Shown in pieces: positions 49,208-59,120 of a DNA stretch of 64,000 nt. Both the position numbers and the translations under genes were made by a program. The stretch spans positions 2,540 through 66,539 of the forward strand of contig CALLNY010000003.1 in NCBI GenBank assembly GCA_938005475.1, in the 5' to 3' direction. The stretch is from an uncultured Bacteroidia bacterium. GTDB lineage: Bacteria; Bacteroidota; Bacteroidia; J057; CALLMJ01. Each line of letters opens with the position of its first letter. Positions within the stretch are counted from its first letter, which is position 1. The notes beneath the pieces were generated by a model, which had not been told where the DNA came from, made no database searches, and saw nothing but the letters and a program-made list of their open reading frames with translations.

Positions 49208-50201
49208 TACCTTTATCCAGCCTATTAAAAACTTGTTGTACTATCACAGTACATTTTTTGCTTTGCGCCCATGCTAATGTATTTTCAACTAAACGCTCAT
49301 ATTCCTTATCTTTCAATTTTTGGATTTGATTTATCAAATCATCATAGTTAAAGTAACTTATGCAATTAACTTTCGGAATCAAATCATGTGGAGCACAAAA
49401 AGGAGGTTTCTTCGTCAATTCTCTAAAACAAAGCACACAACCATTAGCCGCTAACTCGTAATGTCGTAAACAATCCCAACCCGCTCGCTTCATAGTAATA
49501 CCAAACCGGCTTTGTTGTAAATCTTCGTAGTAATCACTTTCTCTGCTAAACACGTATACCGAACTTTTATTTAACTTCCTTTTCACTTCTTCATCTACAA
49601 TATGCTCCGTGAACAATTTCGTTTTTGGGGGAATAAAATCAATCACTTTGGAGTCAGGAATACCAAAGCTAATAGGGTAAATATTTCTCGGAAGTTTGGT
49701 GGGCTTACTAAAAACCCTCTCCGGTAGTAATTTGTAGTATAAAGAATGAAAAGTTTTAGGGGTAATCTCTCTTTTAAAGTAGGGGAAATAATGATGTGGC
49801 TTTTTCATAAACCAATAATTGGGATTCTTCCAAAATTTACCTGCATACAAAAAAATATTGGGTTTATCTTCTCCGTCTAGAACTATTGTTTTTCGTACAT
49901 CTAAATATGGGAAGCAACATTTAAAGATATCGTATTGGCGATAAATAGAAGTAAAAACGACGTAATCAAAAGATTGAATATCGCTCCAACTATTGAATTG
50001 GAAAGGTTGAGCGAGTTTCCGTGATAGATAACGATAATAGGTAAAACCATTGCCACGCACGTGAGAAATATCAGCCTCTTGATATAAGATTTCTTTCAAC
50101 GGATATTCACAAACCTGTTTACCATAAAGTAATTTCAGACCTATCAAGAAACTATCGGCAAGATAATCTTCCTGTGGGTGCGTAATAGCAAGTATTTTCA
50201 T
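49194..50201 (-). CDS. Hypothetical protein, possible CgeB-like glycosyltransferase C-terminal domain
   Basis: The C-terminal half (RHYELAANGCVLCF ... YFNYDDLINQI) is reminiscent of group-1 glycosyltransferase-like domains. The resemblance is weak. Confidence 0.3.
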   Translation of the reverse strand: MKILAITHPQEDYLADSFLIGLKLLYGKQVCEYPLKEILYQEADISHVRGNGFTYYRYLSRKLAQPFQFNSWSDIQSFDYVVFTSIYRQYDIFKCCFPYLDVRKTIVLDGEDKPNIFLYAGKFWKNPNYWFMKKPHHYFPYFKREITPKTFHSLYYKLLPERVFSKPTKLPRNIYPISFGIPDSKVIDFIPPKTKLFTEHIVDEEVKRKLNKSSVYVFSRESDYYEDLQQSRFGITMKRAGWDCLRHYELAANGCVLCFRELTKKPPFCAPHDLIPKVNCISYFNYDDLINQIQKLKDKEYERLVENTLAWAQSKKCTVIVQQVFNRLDKGTILG

Positions 50202-50210
50202 ACTTAAAGT

Positions 50211-50657
50211 CTACGTAATTAAATCATCCCCTTCAAAATCTAAAATTGCTTTACGCATTTTCTCAGGGATGGGGGCTGTCTCTTGTTTTTTCATATCAAA
50301 ATATACTAAAACAGTGCTAGCTTTTGCCGCTAATTTCCTTTCCAGCTCCTCAATGACAATCCAATATTCCATCTCAAAACTCTTATTTCCAATTTTACTT
50401 ACACGCGTATGAATGACCAGAGGACTATTCAAAAAAACCGGCTGTAAATAATCTACCTTCACGCTTGCTAAAAGCATATCTAATTGATTAAGGTCTCCGT
50501 TCCAGCCGAGCACTTGTCTGGCATAGTGAACTCTCGCTTCTTCTAAATACATCAAGTAAGTAGCATTATTAACATGATGCAGAGTATCTAAATCATTATA
50601 TCTTACGCTGATAGGTGTTTGTAATTTAAATTTTTTTAGTTCTTCTGTTAGGTTCAT
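50211..50657 (-). CDS. Acyl-CoA thioesterase, hotdog fold (YbgC/4HBT family)
   Basis: VRYNDLDTLHHVNNATYLMYLEEAR catalytic-region signature. Confidence 0.8.
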   Translation of the reverse strand: MNLTEELKKFKLQTPISVRYNDLDTLHHVNNATYLMYLEEARVHYARQVLGWNGDLNQLDMLLASVKVDYLQPVFLNSPLVIHTRVSKIGNKSFEMEYWIVIEELERKLAAKASTVLVYFDMKKQETAPIPEKMRKAILDFEGDDLIT

Positions 50658-51829
50658 GGAATAATAGTTTTTTTATAGACGAGTTTCCCTTGCGGTAATT
50701 TTTTATCGGTAACCCAGAATTCTAAATCCGTTTTATGGTTATAGATTTTAAGGATAGCAAGCCCATAGTGAGAATAAGTAAACTCCCATTTAGGCGATTT
50801 TCCTACTTCGGAGATTTTTGTCCCTGAGCCGCTAATAATATGATGTAATTGGTTGTTTTTACGATATTGCAGGTTATGGTCATGCCCTGAAACGTAAATG
50901 AGATGAGGATAGTTTTCAAAGATAGCGAGTAAAGCTTTTTTTAATGCTTTATAACGAGGATTCCAAGAATCAGATGGATGTTTTACCCAATATCGTAACA
51001 ATACTAATCCACTACCTATCCCCGGTAAAGGGATATACAAGTTAGAATTCAGGAACCGTAAAGGGAAGAGATGTTCTTTGATGGTAAACCTACCCCCATG
51101 TGAAGAACAACTAAAAAAAGGATGATGCCCTGCAACAATGATGGTACGGTCTTTATATTGTTCTAATGTATTTCGCATAGCTTCTAAAAATAGACGTTCA
51201 GAGCCGTATGTACAGAGAGTAGAATCAGGTTTTTCTTGTTTATGAATCCACCATTGGGAGTCATAGGTAATTAAGACGAAACGCTCGTTCAATATAGCAA
51301 TTTCAGGTCCTGGACAACCTTGTTTTGGTAAAAAACTGCCTTCCCCGAGAGCACTTTCTACGTACTGTTGTTGTCTTTTTACTGCATTCCAACCATCTTT
51401 ACCATCTAATGCCCAGTCATGGTTCCCTGGAATAAAAATAACTTTACCTTGAAATGGTTTGACTGCGTTAATTTGTGCATCTAGCCTTGTCCTTGCTTCT
51501 TCATAACCTACAGAATTTTTATCTGGTAAACCGTATTTATAAATATTATCACCGAGGAATAGCGTAGTGAAATTAAATGAAGTTTCTTGTGACAAAAACT
51601 TTTTTAGGAGCATAAAAACTACCGAGGAATCATTTCCTTTACCGGCATCCCCAACTAAATAAAATGTATGAAGAGGAGGTTCGGTGTTATAACTATTTTG
51701 AAGATTCTGTTTTAATGTTTTATCTTTGTAGTAAGGTTTGGGATTACACGCAATGATAGTAATAGTAATGCCTAAAAGAAAGCAAAACTCCTTAATTTTT
51801 TTCTTCCACGAGAAGGGTTTGTCCAACAT
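50654..51829 (-). CDS. Calcineurin-like metallophosphoesterase lipoprotein
   Basis: Lipobox IIAC. Also YLVGDAG, LFLGDNIY, GNHDW and SGHDHN motifs. Start uncertain: M13 is chosen, which still overlaps the upstream gene by 38 nt. Confidence 0.8.
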   Translation of the reverse strand: MLDKPFSWKKKIKEFCFLLGITITIIACNPKPYYKDKTLKQNLQNSYNTEPPLHTFYLVGDAGKGNDSSVVFMLLKKFLSQETSFNFTTLFLGDNIYKYGLPDKNSVGYEEARTRLDAQINAVKPFQGKVIFIPGNHDWALDGKDGWNAVKRQQQYVESALGEGSFLPKQGCPGPEIAILNERFVLITYDSQWWIHKQEKPDSTLCTYGSERLFLEAMRNTLEQYKDRTIIVAGHHPFFSCSSHGGRFTIKEHLFPLRFLNSNLYIPLPGIGSGLVLLRYWVKHPSDSWNPRYKALKKALLAIFENYPHLIYVSGHDHNLQYRKNNQLHHIISGSGTKISEVGKSPKWEFTYSHYGLAILKIYNHKTDLEFWVTDKKLPQGKLVYKKTIIP

Positions 51830-53306
51830 AGAGTTTATGTTTGGTGTTAATTTTATTGAGTTCACAGATTCGCTCTACGGTTAGCCCTTTATATTTTTGA
51901 GAAATCCCCCATAATGTATCTCCATTTTGAACAACATGTTTTTTGATAATGGCTTGTTTACTTTGAGATTGATTTTTGGTAACAGGATTAGCCACCTTAA
52001 CGGTTTTATTTTGTGTAACTGCCTGAAAATCTTTTGTATAAATTTTCAGTGTTTGCCCAATGTAGATTTTATAACTTTTTAAATTATTCCAAGCCATTAA
52101 ATCCTTCAAACTGATACTGTATAAATCAGCAATAATAGCAAGGGTTTCACCAGGTTTTACAGCGTGATATTTGAGTTTAGACCCTTGAGGAACAGTGGGT
52201 TTATAAGAGGGAGTGTAGATATAGCCGGGAGGTTGTATAGTTTTATTTTGGGGAACGAGCGATGTAATTTCTTGTTTATCAGGGATAGTAAAGAAGCCGG
52301 GATTTTGGTAAGCAAATTCCACTACTTTTGAGGGTACTCTTAATACATAAGGTTTAGAAGAGTAAGGAATAATTCCTATTTTGAGTTCGGGATTAAGGTC
52401 TTTCAGTTCTTGTAAATCTACACCGGTTTGTTCAGCGATAGTTTTTAAGGAAATTTGTTTATTTATAATGTGAATGGTATCGCGGTTATAGGTGAAGTTT
52501 GTCCAAACGGGATAAAGGTTATGTTCTGCGGGGTAATTAAAGACGTAAGCTACTGCAATAAAGGCAGGGACATAGCTACGAGTTTCTTGGGGTAAGAACT
52601 GTTTAATATCCCAGAAATTAGTTTTGCCACCGGAGAGCCTGATAGCTCTATTGACGGTCCCGGGTCCAGAATTGTAGGCGGCAATCGCTAAAATCCAATC
52701 GTTATAAATGTTGTACAAATCTTTCAGGTAACGTGCAGCAAAAACGGTTGATTTGTAGGGGTCTCTGCGTTCATCGATGTAAGAATCTATTCGCATACCT
52801 CGTTCTTTAGCAGTAGACAAAATAAATTGCCATAATCCCACTGCACCTGCATACGAAGTAGCATTCATACGAAATGCACTTTCCACCACTGCAAGATATT
52901 TTAATTCTAATGGAAGCCCCTCCCTATCAAAAATCTCTTCAATAATAGGAAAATAAACATACTGTAAACCTAATAGAACGGAGGTAGTATTGCGTAATCT
53001 TACAGCATATAAATCAATCCAACGTTGCACATCTTCGTTATACGTTAATGGAATGACACTACAAATTTCTTTGATTCTTTCGCGGTAAGTATCAGGTGAA
53101 TAAGTAGGAATAAAGCCCTCCGCAAAATTGTATCGATTGATATGAATAGAATCCTCACGAGTTTTCTGAACAACTTTAAAATGAAAATCACTTAAAAGAC
53201 TATCTAAAATAGATACTACCATTCGAGATTCCTTCATAAATTCCGAATCCCACTGTGCAAATAGGCTCTGAAAACTTAATAGTATACCAACCAATATTTT
53301 CTTCAT
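51792..53306 (-). CDS. Lytic murein transglycosylase (MltD-like) with C-terminal LysM domains
   Basis: SLT catalytic region AVVESAFRMNATSYAGAVGLWQF..AYNSGPG. LysM repeats (YHAVKPGETLAIIA.., HVVQNGDTLWGIS..). Confidence 0.88.
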   Translation of the reverse strand: MKKILVGILLSFQSLFAQWDSEFMKESRMVVSILDSLLSDFHFKVVQKTREDSIHINRYNFAEGFIPTYSPDTYRERIKEICSVIPLTYNEDVQRWIDLYAVRLRNTTSVLLGLQYVYFPIIEEIFDREGLPLELKYLAVVESAFRMNATSYAGAVGLWQFILSTAKERGMRIDSYIDERRDPYKSTVFAARYLKDLYNIYNDWILAIAAYNSGPGTVNRAIRLSGGKTNFWDIKQFLPQETRSYVPAFIAVAYVFNYPAEHNLYPVWTNFTYNRDTIHIINKQISLKTIAEQTGVDLQELKDLNPELKIGIIPYSSKPYVLRVPSKVVEFAYQNPGFFTIPDKQEITSLVPQNKTIQPPGYIYTPSYKPTVPQGSKLKYHAVKPGETLAIIADLYSISLKDLMAWNNLKSYKIYIGQTLKIYTKDFQAVTQNKTVKVANPVTKNQSQSKQAIIKKHVVQNGDTLWGISQKYKGLTVERICELNKINTKHKLYVGQTLLVEEKN

Positions 53307-53328
53307 CCAATTCGGAGTATGGAATGAA

Positions 53329-53514
53329 TTATTTTTTTTCTTCCGTAGCAGAAGTTTCCTTTTCTATTTCATTTTTTATTCCGCTGGCGGCATCTTTAAA
53401 TTCTCTTATGCCTCTACCTAAACCCCTTGCAAATTCCGGGATTCGTTTTCCCCCGAAAAATATCAGAACTACTACCAATATTAAAATAATTTCTGTTGTG
53501 CCAAGTCCAAACAT
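53329..53514 (-). CDS. tatA: Twin-arginine translocase subunit TatA/E
   Basis: 61 aa with N-terminal TM and the [21 protein letters not shown] amphipathic-helix signature. Confidence 0.9.
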   Translation of the reverse strand: MFGLGTTEIILILVVVLIFFGGKRIPEFARGLGRGIREFKDAASGIKNEIEKETSATEEKK

Positions 53515-53534
53515 AAGACTACCAAATTAAAAGG

Positions 53535-53542
53535 CAAAGTTA
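53535..53542 (-). promoter_or_regulatory. -7 promoter box (TAACTTTG) for tatA
   Basis: Exact TAnnTTTG on the minus strand 21 nt upstream of the ATG at 53514. A candidate TTG lies at 53561-53563. Confidence 0.45.
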
Positions 53543-53802
53543 ATAACAAAAAATCATCTTCAAAATCAAATTATCAATTTTATTACAAACAAATTTTGAT
53601 TACCTTTTTACTAAGCAGATGGATAACTATTATAAAATCATCAAAAATTAATCAGATTTTTCATATAAGGCTACTGAGTGCCAAAACGTGAACGCTGAAT
53701 TCAACGTCATTTTGATGGTCGCAACACGCACTAGTGTTACACTTGCAATTTACATTTAAGCATCATTTAATCAAACCTTTTTTCAAAATAATTACAAAAA
53801 AC

Positions 53803-53833
53803 TTGCATAGTAAATAAAAAAATATTACTTTTG
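53803..53833 (+). promoter_or_regulatory. Promoter: -33 TTG (53803-53805) and -7 TACTTTTG (53826-53833)
   Basis: Exact TAnnTTTG with a TTG 20 nt upstream, 33 nt before the ATG at 53867. Confidence 0.5.
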
Positions 53834-53866
53834 CACTTGCATTAAATCAAATTTAATTTTTGAGAT

Positions 53867-55852
53867 ATGAAAAATTTTAGTGTATTAGTTGCAACCACAT
53901 TGCTCGGAGGCATGGTAATAGCTCAAAATCCAAGGATAAAAAGCTATAATCATGCAAATCAGATTGCGAAACACAATCCGTATGAAAGAGTATTATCAGA
54001 AGACAAACCTTCTAATTTCAGGAACGGTCCTGTTACGCAGACTGAATTCATGAATAATCACGCTAATAAAACAAGTGCAATCAACGTTATTCAATTAGGA
54101 ATGTCAGGTAACGCCTATACAAATGTTGCATCAGAGGTAAATTTGTTGTCAACAGTACCAGGTCGAAATTGGGTAACCTTTATTCATAGACATAATCAAC
54201 AAGATTTCGGTGGACATAATGGGCAGATGCGTGTAGATGTTTCCGATGATGGAGGGCAAACATGGGTACTTGATAACGATGGAAATGATGCTTTTAATCC
54301 CAATAGCACACCCTATGGCAGAATTCCACAAGCTACAATTTACAATCCCGATGGGAACACGGATATTTGTAATGCAAAATTAATATGGGTAGCGGCAGGG
54401 CATAAAACTCCTAATCCTGCTAACACTGGACCTAATCCGGCGTGGGGGCATTTCGTATATGGTACGGCTCACGAAATATATCCGAACTGTACTGATCCTT
54501 ATAATGGTTCTTATAATTCTTGGCAGACCGGTGAATTCCTTTATACTACGGGATTAAGCAAATCTGCTCCTGATCAGTACTGGTCCGTAGGAGTAAAATA
54601 TAACCGAGATGCTCGACAAGTTCAAGATAAATTATACTTAATGCGAGGCGATTATATTCCAGCGAATAATGCCGCCGCTTGGTATATTTATGATTCCTTG
54701 ACATTTAACCCATTACAATCTACAAGTAATGGACAACCCGCAGGTTACCAAATAGGAACTCCTAATATGGCATTCTCTCCTAACGGACAATATGGTTGGA
54801 TTATAGTTTCAGGAATGCCTAATCAACCTGCGCCTTATAAACATCAGTTATACTACTGGAAATCTAATGATTTCGGGCTTACTTGGACTCCAGGTATGAT
54901 TGATATCGCCAATAATCAACAACTTATTGATTCCTTAACTACTATCTTCTATACTGACACTACGATGACTACCCTTGATACTGTAATAGGCAAACCCTTC
55001 CCTATTGATTATGATTTAGCAGTGGATTGGAGAGGAAATCCCCACATTGTTTGCACCTTCTTCAATATGTATAAAGGCGCATTATATTCTACTGATTCTC
55101 TTGGATATTTATCTCCCGGTTTAGCAAAAAGCATTTGGGATATTACTACTACAGATTTTGGTGGCTCTTGGAACTTTACTTATCTACGCGAACTCAATAC
55201 ATATAGAGGTTCCTCTGGAGATTTAGGTTGGTCGGCAGGATGCCAAGCGGCTACTAACTATTCAGGTGATGCCTTCGTTTATGCTTGGGTAGATGATACT
55301 TCCGCAAATTCTTCTGATGCTATGCTCCCCGATTTATGGACTTTCCATTACGATATGCATAGCGCTATAAATCTTTCTAATATTAAGGATTGGACTTCCG
55401 ATGATCCTAGTTGGAACGGTAAAATTATTCTTCCAACCATGGCTCCCTTCCTCCTTCAAACAGGACCTCAAACTTATGAAGCTCCTACTGCCTTCTGTAA
55501 AATTCTAACCGATGCGGCAAGCCCCGTTGAAAATTGGTTTATTAAAGATCCGAATTACAAGTTTACGTTTAGTACAACTACCTACCGTGCCGCAGAATCA
55601 GATATTTTATCTATGAATGTTTATCCTAATCCTTCTAATGGTAATTTTCAAGTTGCATTAGATTTGAAAGGTACAGGCAATGTAGATATTCGTATTTACG
55701 ATGTGATAGGTAAAGAAGTATATCAAGTATCAGAAAATGGTGTTTCAAGCTTTGTAAAAGATATCAATATCGGTAATTTACCTGCGGGAGTTTATGTAGT
55801 TAAAGCACAAACTACTCAAGGAGCTGTAGAAACCAAAATCGTTAAACAGTAA
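53867..55852 (+). CDS. Secreted Asp-box (BNR) repeat protein with T9SS C-terminal sorting domain
   Basis: Signal peptide and three Asp-boxes (SDDGGQTW, SNDFGLTW, TTDFGGSW). The C-terminal ~80 aa (NVYPNPSNGNF...LPAGVYVVKAQT..) matches the Por-secretion tail. Confidence 0.8.
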   Translation: MKNFSVLVATTLLGGMVIAQNPRIKSYNHANQIAKHNPYERVLSEDKPSNFRNGPVTQTEFMNNHANKTSAINVIQLGMSGNAYTNVASEVNLLSTVPGRNWVTFIHRHNQQDFGGHNGQMRVDVSDDGGQTWVLDNDGNDAFNPNSTPYGRIPQATIYNPDGNTDICNAKLIWVAAGHKTPNPANTGPNPAWGHFVYGTAHEIYPNCTDPYNGSYNSWQTGEFLYTTGLSKSAPDQYWSVGVKYNRDARQVQDKLYLMRGDYIPANNAAAWYIYDSLTFNPLQSTSNGQPAGYQIGTPNMAFSPNGQYGWIIVSGMPNQPAPYKHQLYYWKSNDFGLTWTPGMIDIANNQQLIDSLTTIFYTDTTMTTLDTVIGKPFPIDYDLAVDWRGNPHIVCTFFNMYKGALYSTDSLGYLSPGLAKSIWDITTTDFGGSWNFTYLRELNTYRGSSGDLGWSAGCQAATNYSGDAFVYAWVDDTSANSSDAMLPDLWTFHYDMHSAINLSNIKDWTSDDPSWNGKIILPTMAPFLLQTGPQTYEAPTAFCKILTDAASPVENWFIKDPNYKFTFSTTTYRAAESDILSMNVYPNPSNGNFQVALDLKGTGNVDIRIYDVIGKEVYQVSENGVSSFVKDINIGNLPAGVYVVKAQTTQGAVETKIVKQ

Positions 55853-55878
55853 TTATAATAATCATTTCAATAGTTAGT

Positions 55879-55914
55879 AGGGTTACTCTTTAAAGGGGTA
55901 ACTCTGTTTTGTTT
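55879..55914 (+). terminator. Intrinsic terminator
   Basis: AGGGTTACTCTT / AAGGGGTAACTCT hairpin (about 12 bp including G-U pairs) followed by GTTTTGTTT. Confidence 0.6.
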
Positions 55915-56040
55915 AGATTGAATGTTATTCGGAACGAATTAGCGAGTTAAAGAGAGATTACTTCCGAATGACAAGAGCAGTATCATTAAGTGAAACGCCA
56001 ATCTCTTTCAACACTACTCAAGGAAGAGCATAAATTAGAT

Positions 56041-57012
56041 TTATAAATGCTTCAGTAAATCTGTTAAATAAGAAGGGGAAAGGGTAGGATTATCTAAACA
56101 GCATTTTGTAAAATGTAAAATGGGAAAATCATGGATATTTAATTTTTGAGGGAGTTTTTGGATAGTAAAAAAACCTTCAGGAATGGTATTCAGTTCTTTA
56201 AAGATAGTTTTGATGGATTTTCCTTGTCCTATTCCGATACCTAAGTTACGGTTTCTGCTGTGAGAGCTGTAAGCGGTTACCAATAAATCCCCCAGGTAAC
56301 CATATTGTAGAAAGTCATCCACAGGATAATGTAGAGATTGAAAAATTTGCATAGTTTCTTTGCTAGAGGCAGTACATAAAGCGGCACGAAAATTATCGCC
56401 GTAGTTTAAACCTTTTACAATTCCAAGACTTATTGCATACACATTTTTTAAGATACCTGCTAATTGTAAACCCAAATAATCATTTGTATTTCTTACTTGG
56501 AAGTAATCACTTTCAAAGTAATGGCTGTAATTATTAAAATTTTGCAGGGAGCCCCATTGTAAAAAAGTAATTTTTTGTTGAACAACTTCTTCGGCGTGGG
56601 AAGGACCTGATAAAACGGCAAATTGGGCTGGTGTTACTCCAAACTCTTGCTCTAAATACTCTGATACAAACAAAGCTTTTTCACCGATAAAACCTTTAAT
56701 CGCAGAAATCACAAATTTATTTTGAAAGTGATGTTTATGAATATTTTGTAAATTAAAAGGTAGATAAGCAGAAGGGCAAGCCAAAAGAATAACCTCGCAA
56801 TCTTCAAAAATTGATTGGTTTTCGTTAGTTAATATAAGATAATCCAAATTGAATTTTACATCAGGAAAGTGATTAGGATTTGCATGATGTTTAAGTAGAT
56901 AGTTTAGAGCTTGTTCATCATGGAAATACCATTTCACTAAAATACCTTTCTTATTGAGTACTTTGACTAATGCGGTACCCCAAGAACCTGTACCAATAAC
57001 ACCCATTCTCAT
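56041..57012 (-). CDS. gpsA: NAD(P)H-dependent glycerol-3-phosphate dehydrogenase
   Basis: GTGSWGTAL dinucleotide fold, SAIKG and GPSHAEEV. Start moved to MRMGVIGTGSWG at 57012. Confidence 0.88.
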   Translation of the reverse strand: MRMGVIGTGSWGTALVKVLNKKGILVKWYFHDEQALNYLLKHHANPNHFPDVKFNLDYLILTNENQSIFEDCEVILLACPSAYLPFNLQNIHKHHFQNKFVISAIKGFIGEKALFVSEYLEQEFGVTPAQFAVLSGPSHAEEVVQQKITFLQWGSLQNFNNYSHYFESDYFQVRNTNDYLGLQLAGILKNVYAISLGIVKGLNYGDNFRAALCTASSKETMQIFQSLHYPVDDFLQYGYLGDLLVTAYSSHSRNRNLGIGIGQGKSIKTIFKELNTIPEGFFTIQKLPQKLNIHDFPILHFTKCCLDNPTLSPSYLTDLLKHL

Positions 57013-57175
57013 ACAATGCTCAAAATAAACTGTTTTAAACGATTTATAGGCATAGAGGTAGAAAGAATTATTCACAACATAAAAAAAGAAAAATTTACAA
57101 AAAGTGGAAAGATTTTTTCGTGAACAAACAAACAAATGGAATTTTTGTCAGTCCATTTAGATGGCATTTTTTTTG

Positions 57176-57183
57176 TAGTTTTG
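57176..57183 (+). promoter_or_regulatory. -7 promoter box (TAGTTTTG)
   Basis: Exact TAnnTTTG 21 nt before the ATG at 57204. Confidence 0.45.
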
Positions 57184-57203
57184 CACGAAGGATATCTCAT
57201 TTT

Positions 57204-57698
57204 ATGAAATTAAAAATAATTTGGATTTTTTTATTAGCCAATGTAACGGTCTCCTATGCCCAAGATGACGCTCTGAATAAATTTGTTCAAGATGTATATA
57301 ATACGATTGTAAATAATAATTATGAAGCATTCAAGATTTATACAGTAAGTAAAACCGATTACCCGGAATTAAATAGTAAACAAATTTTTAAAGATGAAAC
57401 GACAAGAAAAAATTATTTGAGTAATCAAGAAAAAGTAGTCTCAAATCACCAAACATCGATGAAGTTTTACTTTGAGAAAGTTCAAAAAAATGCAAAAAAT
57501 GCAGGTATTCAATGGTCAGATTGTAAATATACAGGTTACAGAGTGATAAAAAAAACCCCTATCAAAAGTAGTCATAAATATGACATTGCATTGCAATTTG
57601 TTTATAAATCGGTTGGGAATTATGAAATTCATTTGAACGATTGTTACCAACTAAAAAAGGGATGGGTGATATGGAAATTGATTGGTGGACCATGGTAA
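57204..57698 (+). CDS. Hypothetical secreted protein
   Basis: Start moved to MKLKIIWIFLLANVTVSYAQ (signal peptide). No family recognised. Confidence 0.4.
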   Translation: MKLKIIWIFLLANVTVSYAQDDALNKFVQDVYNTIVNNNYEAFKIYTVSKTDYPELNSKQIFKDETTRKNYLSNQEKVVSNHQTSMKFYFEKVQKNAKNAGIQWSDCKYTGYRVIKKTPIKSSHKYDIALQFVYKSVGNYEIHLNDCYQLKKGWVIWKLIGGPW

Positions 57699-57744
57699 AA
57701 CTTTTTGTTTCATTTTTACGTATTATAAATAAAACCCATAGATT

Positions 57745-58404
57745 ATGTTAGTACAATTATTTGCTCAGAAGCCCTTGCTACTTTCAGCTGACCACTCTTA
57801 CCAAGAAGCGTTGGAATGGTCAAAAGAACATTACCTACGTTATGTTCCCGTGCTAAATGGTTCGTACTTGATGGACTATTTAAATTTAGAAGCCTTACAA
57901 TCCCAAGCTATATCCCCAAAAACACCTATTCAAGATTTACTAACCTTTTCGGGAGTGCCGCTTTTTATTTATGCTGATGAGCATATCTACGATGGGCTTC
58001 TCAAACTTCAGTATCAAGATACAATCGTAGTACTCAATTCGCAAGGGGAATATGCAGGTATAATCAGTATTCACCAAATCCCTGAAATCTTAAAACATTT
58101 ACAATTACACAATTTTACAGGAGGAACATTAGTATTGACTATCGGATATAGGGATTACTGTTTATCAGAAATAGCAAGAATTGCAGAATCTTGTGATGCT
58201 AAAATCGTTTCTTTATTTTTATCACAACACCCTAACGAAAATAAATGGTATTTGAATTTAAAATTTAATACCGAAGATTTAAGTAGAATTGTCTCCGCTT
58301 ATGAAAGATTTGGATACGAAATTGCTTACGTAAATCAAAAACAACTCACCCTTTCTGATACTTCCACAAATTATGACTCTTTAATGAAATACTTGGAAAT
58401 TTAA
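57745..58404 (+). CDS. CBS domain pair protein
   Basis: Two CBS-like units (..YVPVLNGSYLMDYL.., ..VVLNSQGEYAGIISIHQI..) plus a small C-terminal domain. Confidence 0.6.
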   Translation: MLVQLFAQKPLLLSADHSYQEALEWSKEHYLRYVPVLNGSYLMDYLNLEALQSQAISPKTPIQDLLTFSGVPLFIYADEHIYDGLLKLQYQDTIVVLNSQGEYAGIISIHQIPEILKHLQLHNFTGGTLVLTIGYRDYCLSEIARIAESCDAKIVSLFLSQHPNENKWYLNLKFNTEDLSRIVSAYERFGYEIAYVNQKQLTLSDTSTNYDSLMKYLEI

Positions 58405-58411
58405 TTTTTTG

Positions 58412-58419
58412 TAATTTTG
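58412..58419 (+). promoter_or_regulatory. -7 promoter box (TAATTTTG)
   Basis: Exact TAnnTTTG 39 nt before the ATG at 58458. Confidence 0.4.
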
Positions 58420-58457
58420 GAACACTTTTTGACAACTCTACAACGTAGTCGTTAGTT

Positions 58458-59108
58458 ATGAAAAATATTTGGGCTTTAGTTTTTTATTTTTTTTGTGTTT
58501 TTATACATCATAGTTATGGACAAATAGATCCCAAGGCTGACAAAATCATAAAAAGTTCAAGAAAGAAAATCCATAGTTATAATGATATGACTTCCGATTT
58601 TATATGGACAATGGAAAATAAAGCCACTCAACAAGCCCCCTCCATAAAAAAAGGAAAAATTTATATTAAGAAAGATAAATACAAAATTATTTTCCCTGAG
58701 CGAGAAATGTTTTGTGATGGAAAGAATCTATGGGACTACCTCAAAAAAGAAAAGGAAGTAAACTTATCCAAAAACAATCCTAAAGAAGGCATGAATTTTC
58801 AAAAAATCTTTAAAATGTATGATGAAGGCATGAAAGTTCGGTATGACAACCTTGAAACGTTAAATGGTGTAGGTGTTCATAAGATGACCTTATTTCCTAT
58901 ACAGGAGAAAGAATTTTTTAAAGTAGAATTATGGATTGAAGATAAATCGGAAAATATACGCAAGATTAAAATCCACTATCGCAATGGAACTACGCATCAA
59001 TTTGAAATGAATGCAATACAAATCAATACCAATTTAACCGATGATATGTTCATTTTTGATATGAACAAATATCCGGGAGTAGAATTAGTAGATTTAAGAG
59101 AGGAATAA
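58458..59108 (+). CDS. LolA-like outer-membrane lipoprotein carrier/sorting protein
   Basis: Signal peptide. Size and the pattern KGKIYIKKDKYKIIFPEREMFCDGKNLWDY are typical of LolA-fold proteins of this phylum. Confidence 0.5.
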   Translation: MKNIWALVFYFFCVFIHHSYGQIDPKADKIIKSSRKKIHSYNDMTSDFIWTMENKATQQAPSIKKGKIYIKKDKYKIIFPEREMFCDGKNLWDYLKKEKEVNLSKNNPKEGMNFQKIFKMYDEGMKVRYDNLETLNGVGVHKMTLFPIQEKEFFKVELWIEDKSENIRKIKIHYRNGTTHQFEMNAIQINTNLTDDMFIFDMNKYPGVELVDLREE

Positions 59109-59120
59109 TTGATTGTAGAT

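Noticed and set aside
53255-53530. 91-aa plus-strand ORF across the mltD start and tatA
   Set aside because: It is antisense to tatA, whose 61-aa product has the canonical TatA signature.
53652-53759. Micro-ORFs in the GC-rich island (plus MVATRTSVTLAIYI from 53715; minus MTLNSAFTFWHSVALYEKSD)
   Set aside because: They are very short, lack a promoter box at a sensible distance, and have no recognisable peptide family. The hairpin potential seems the more relevant property.
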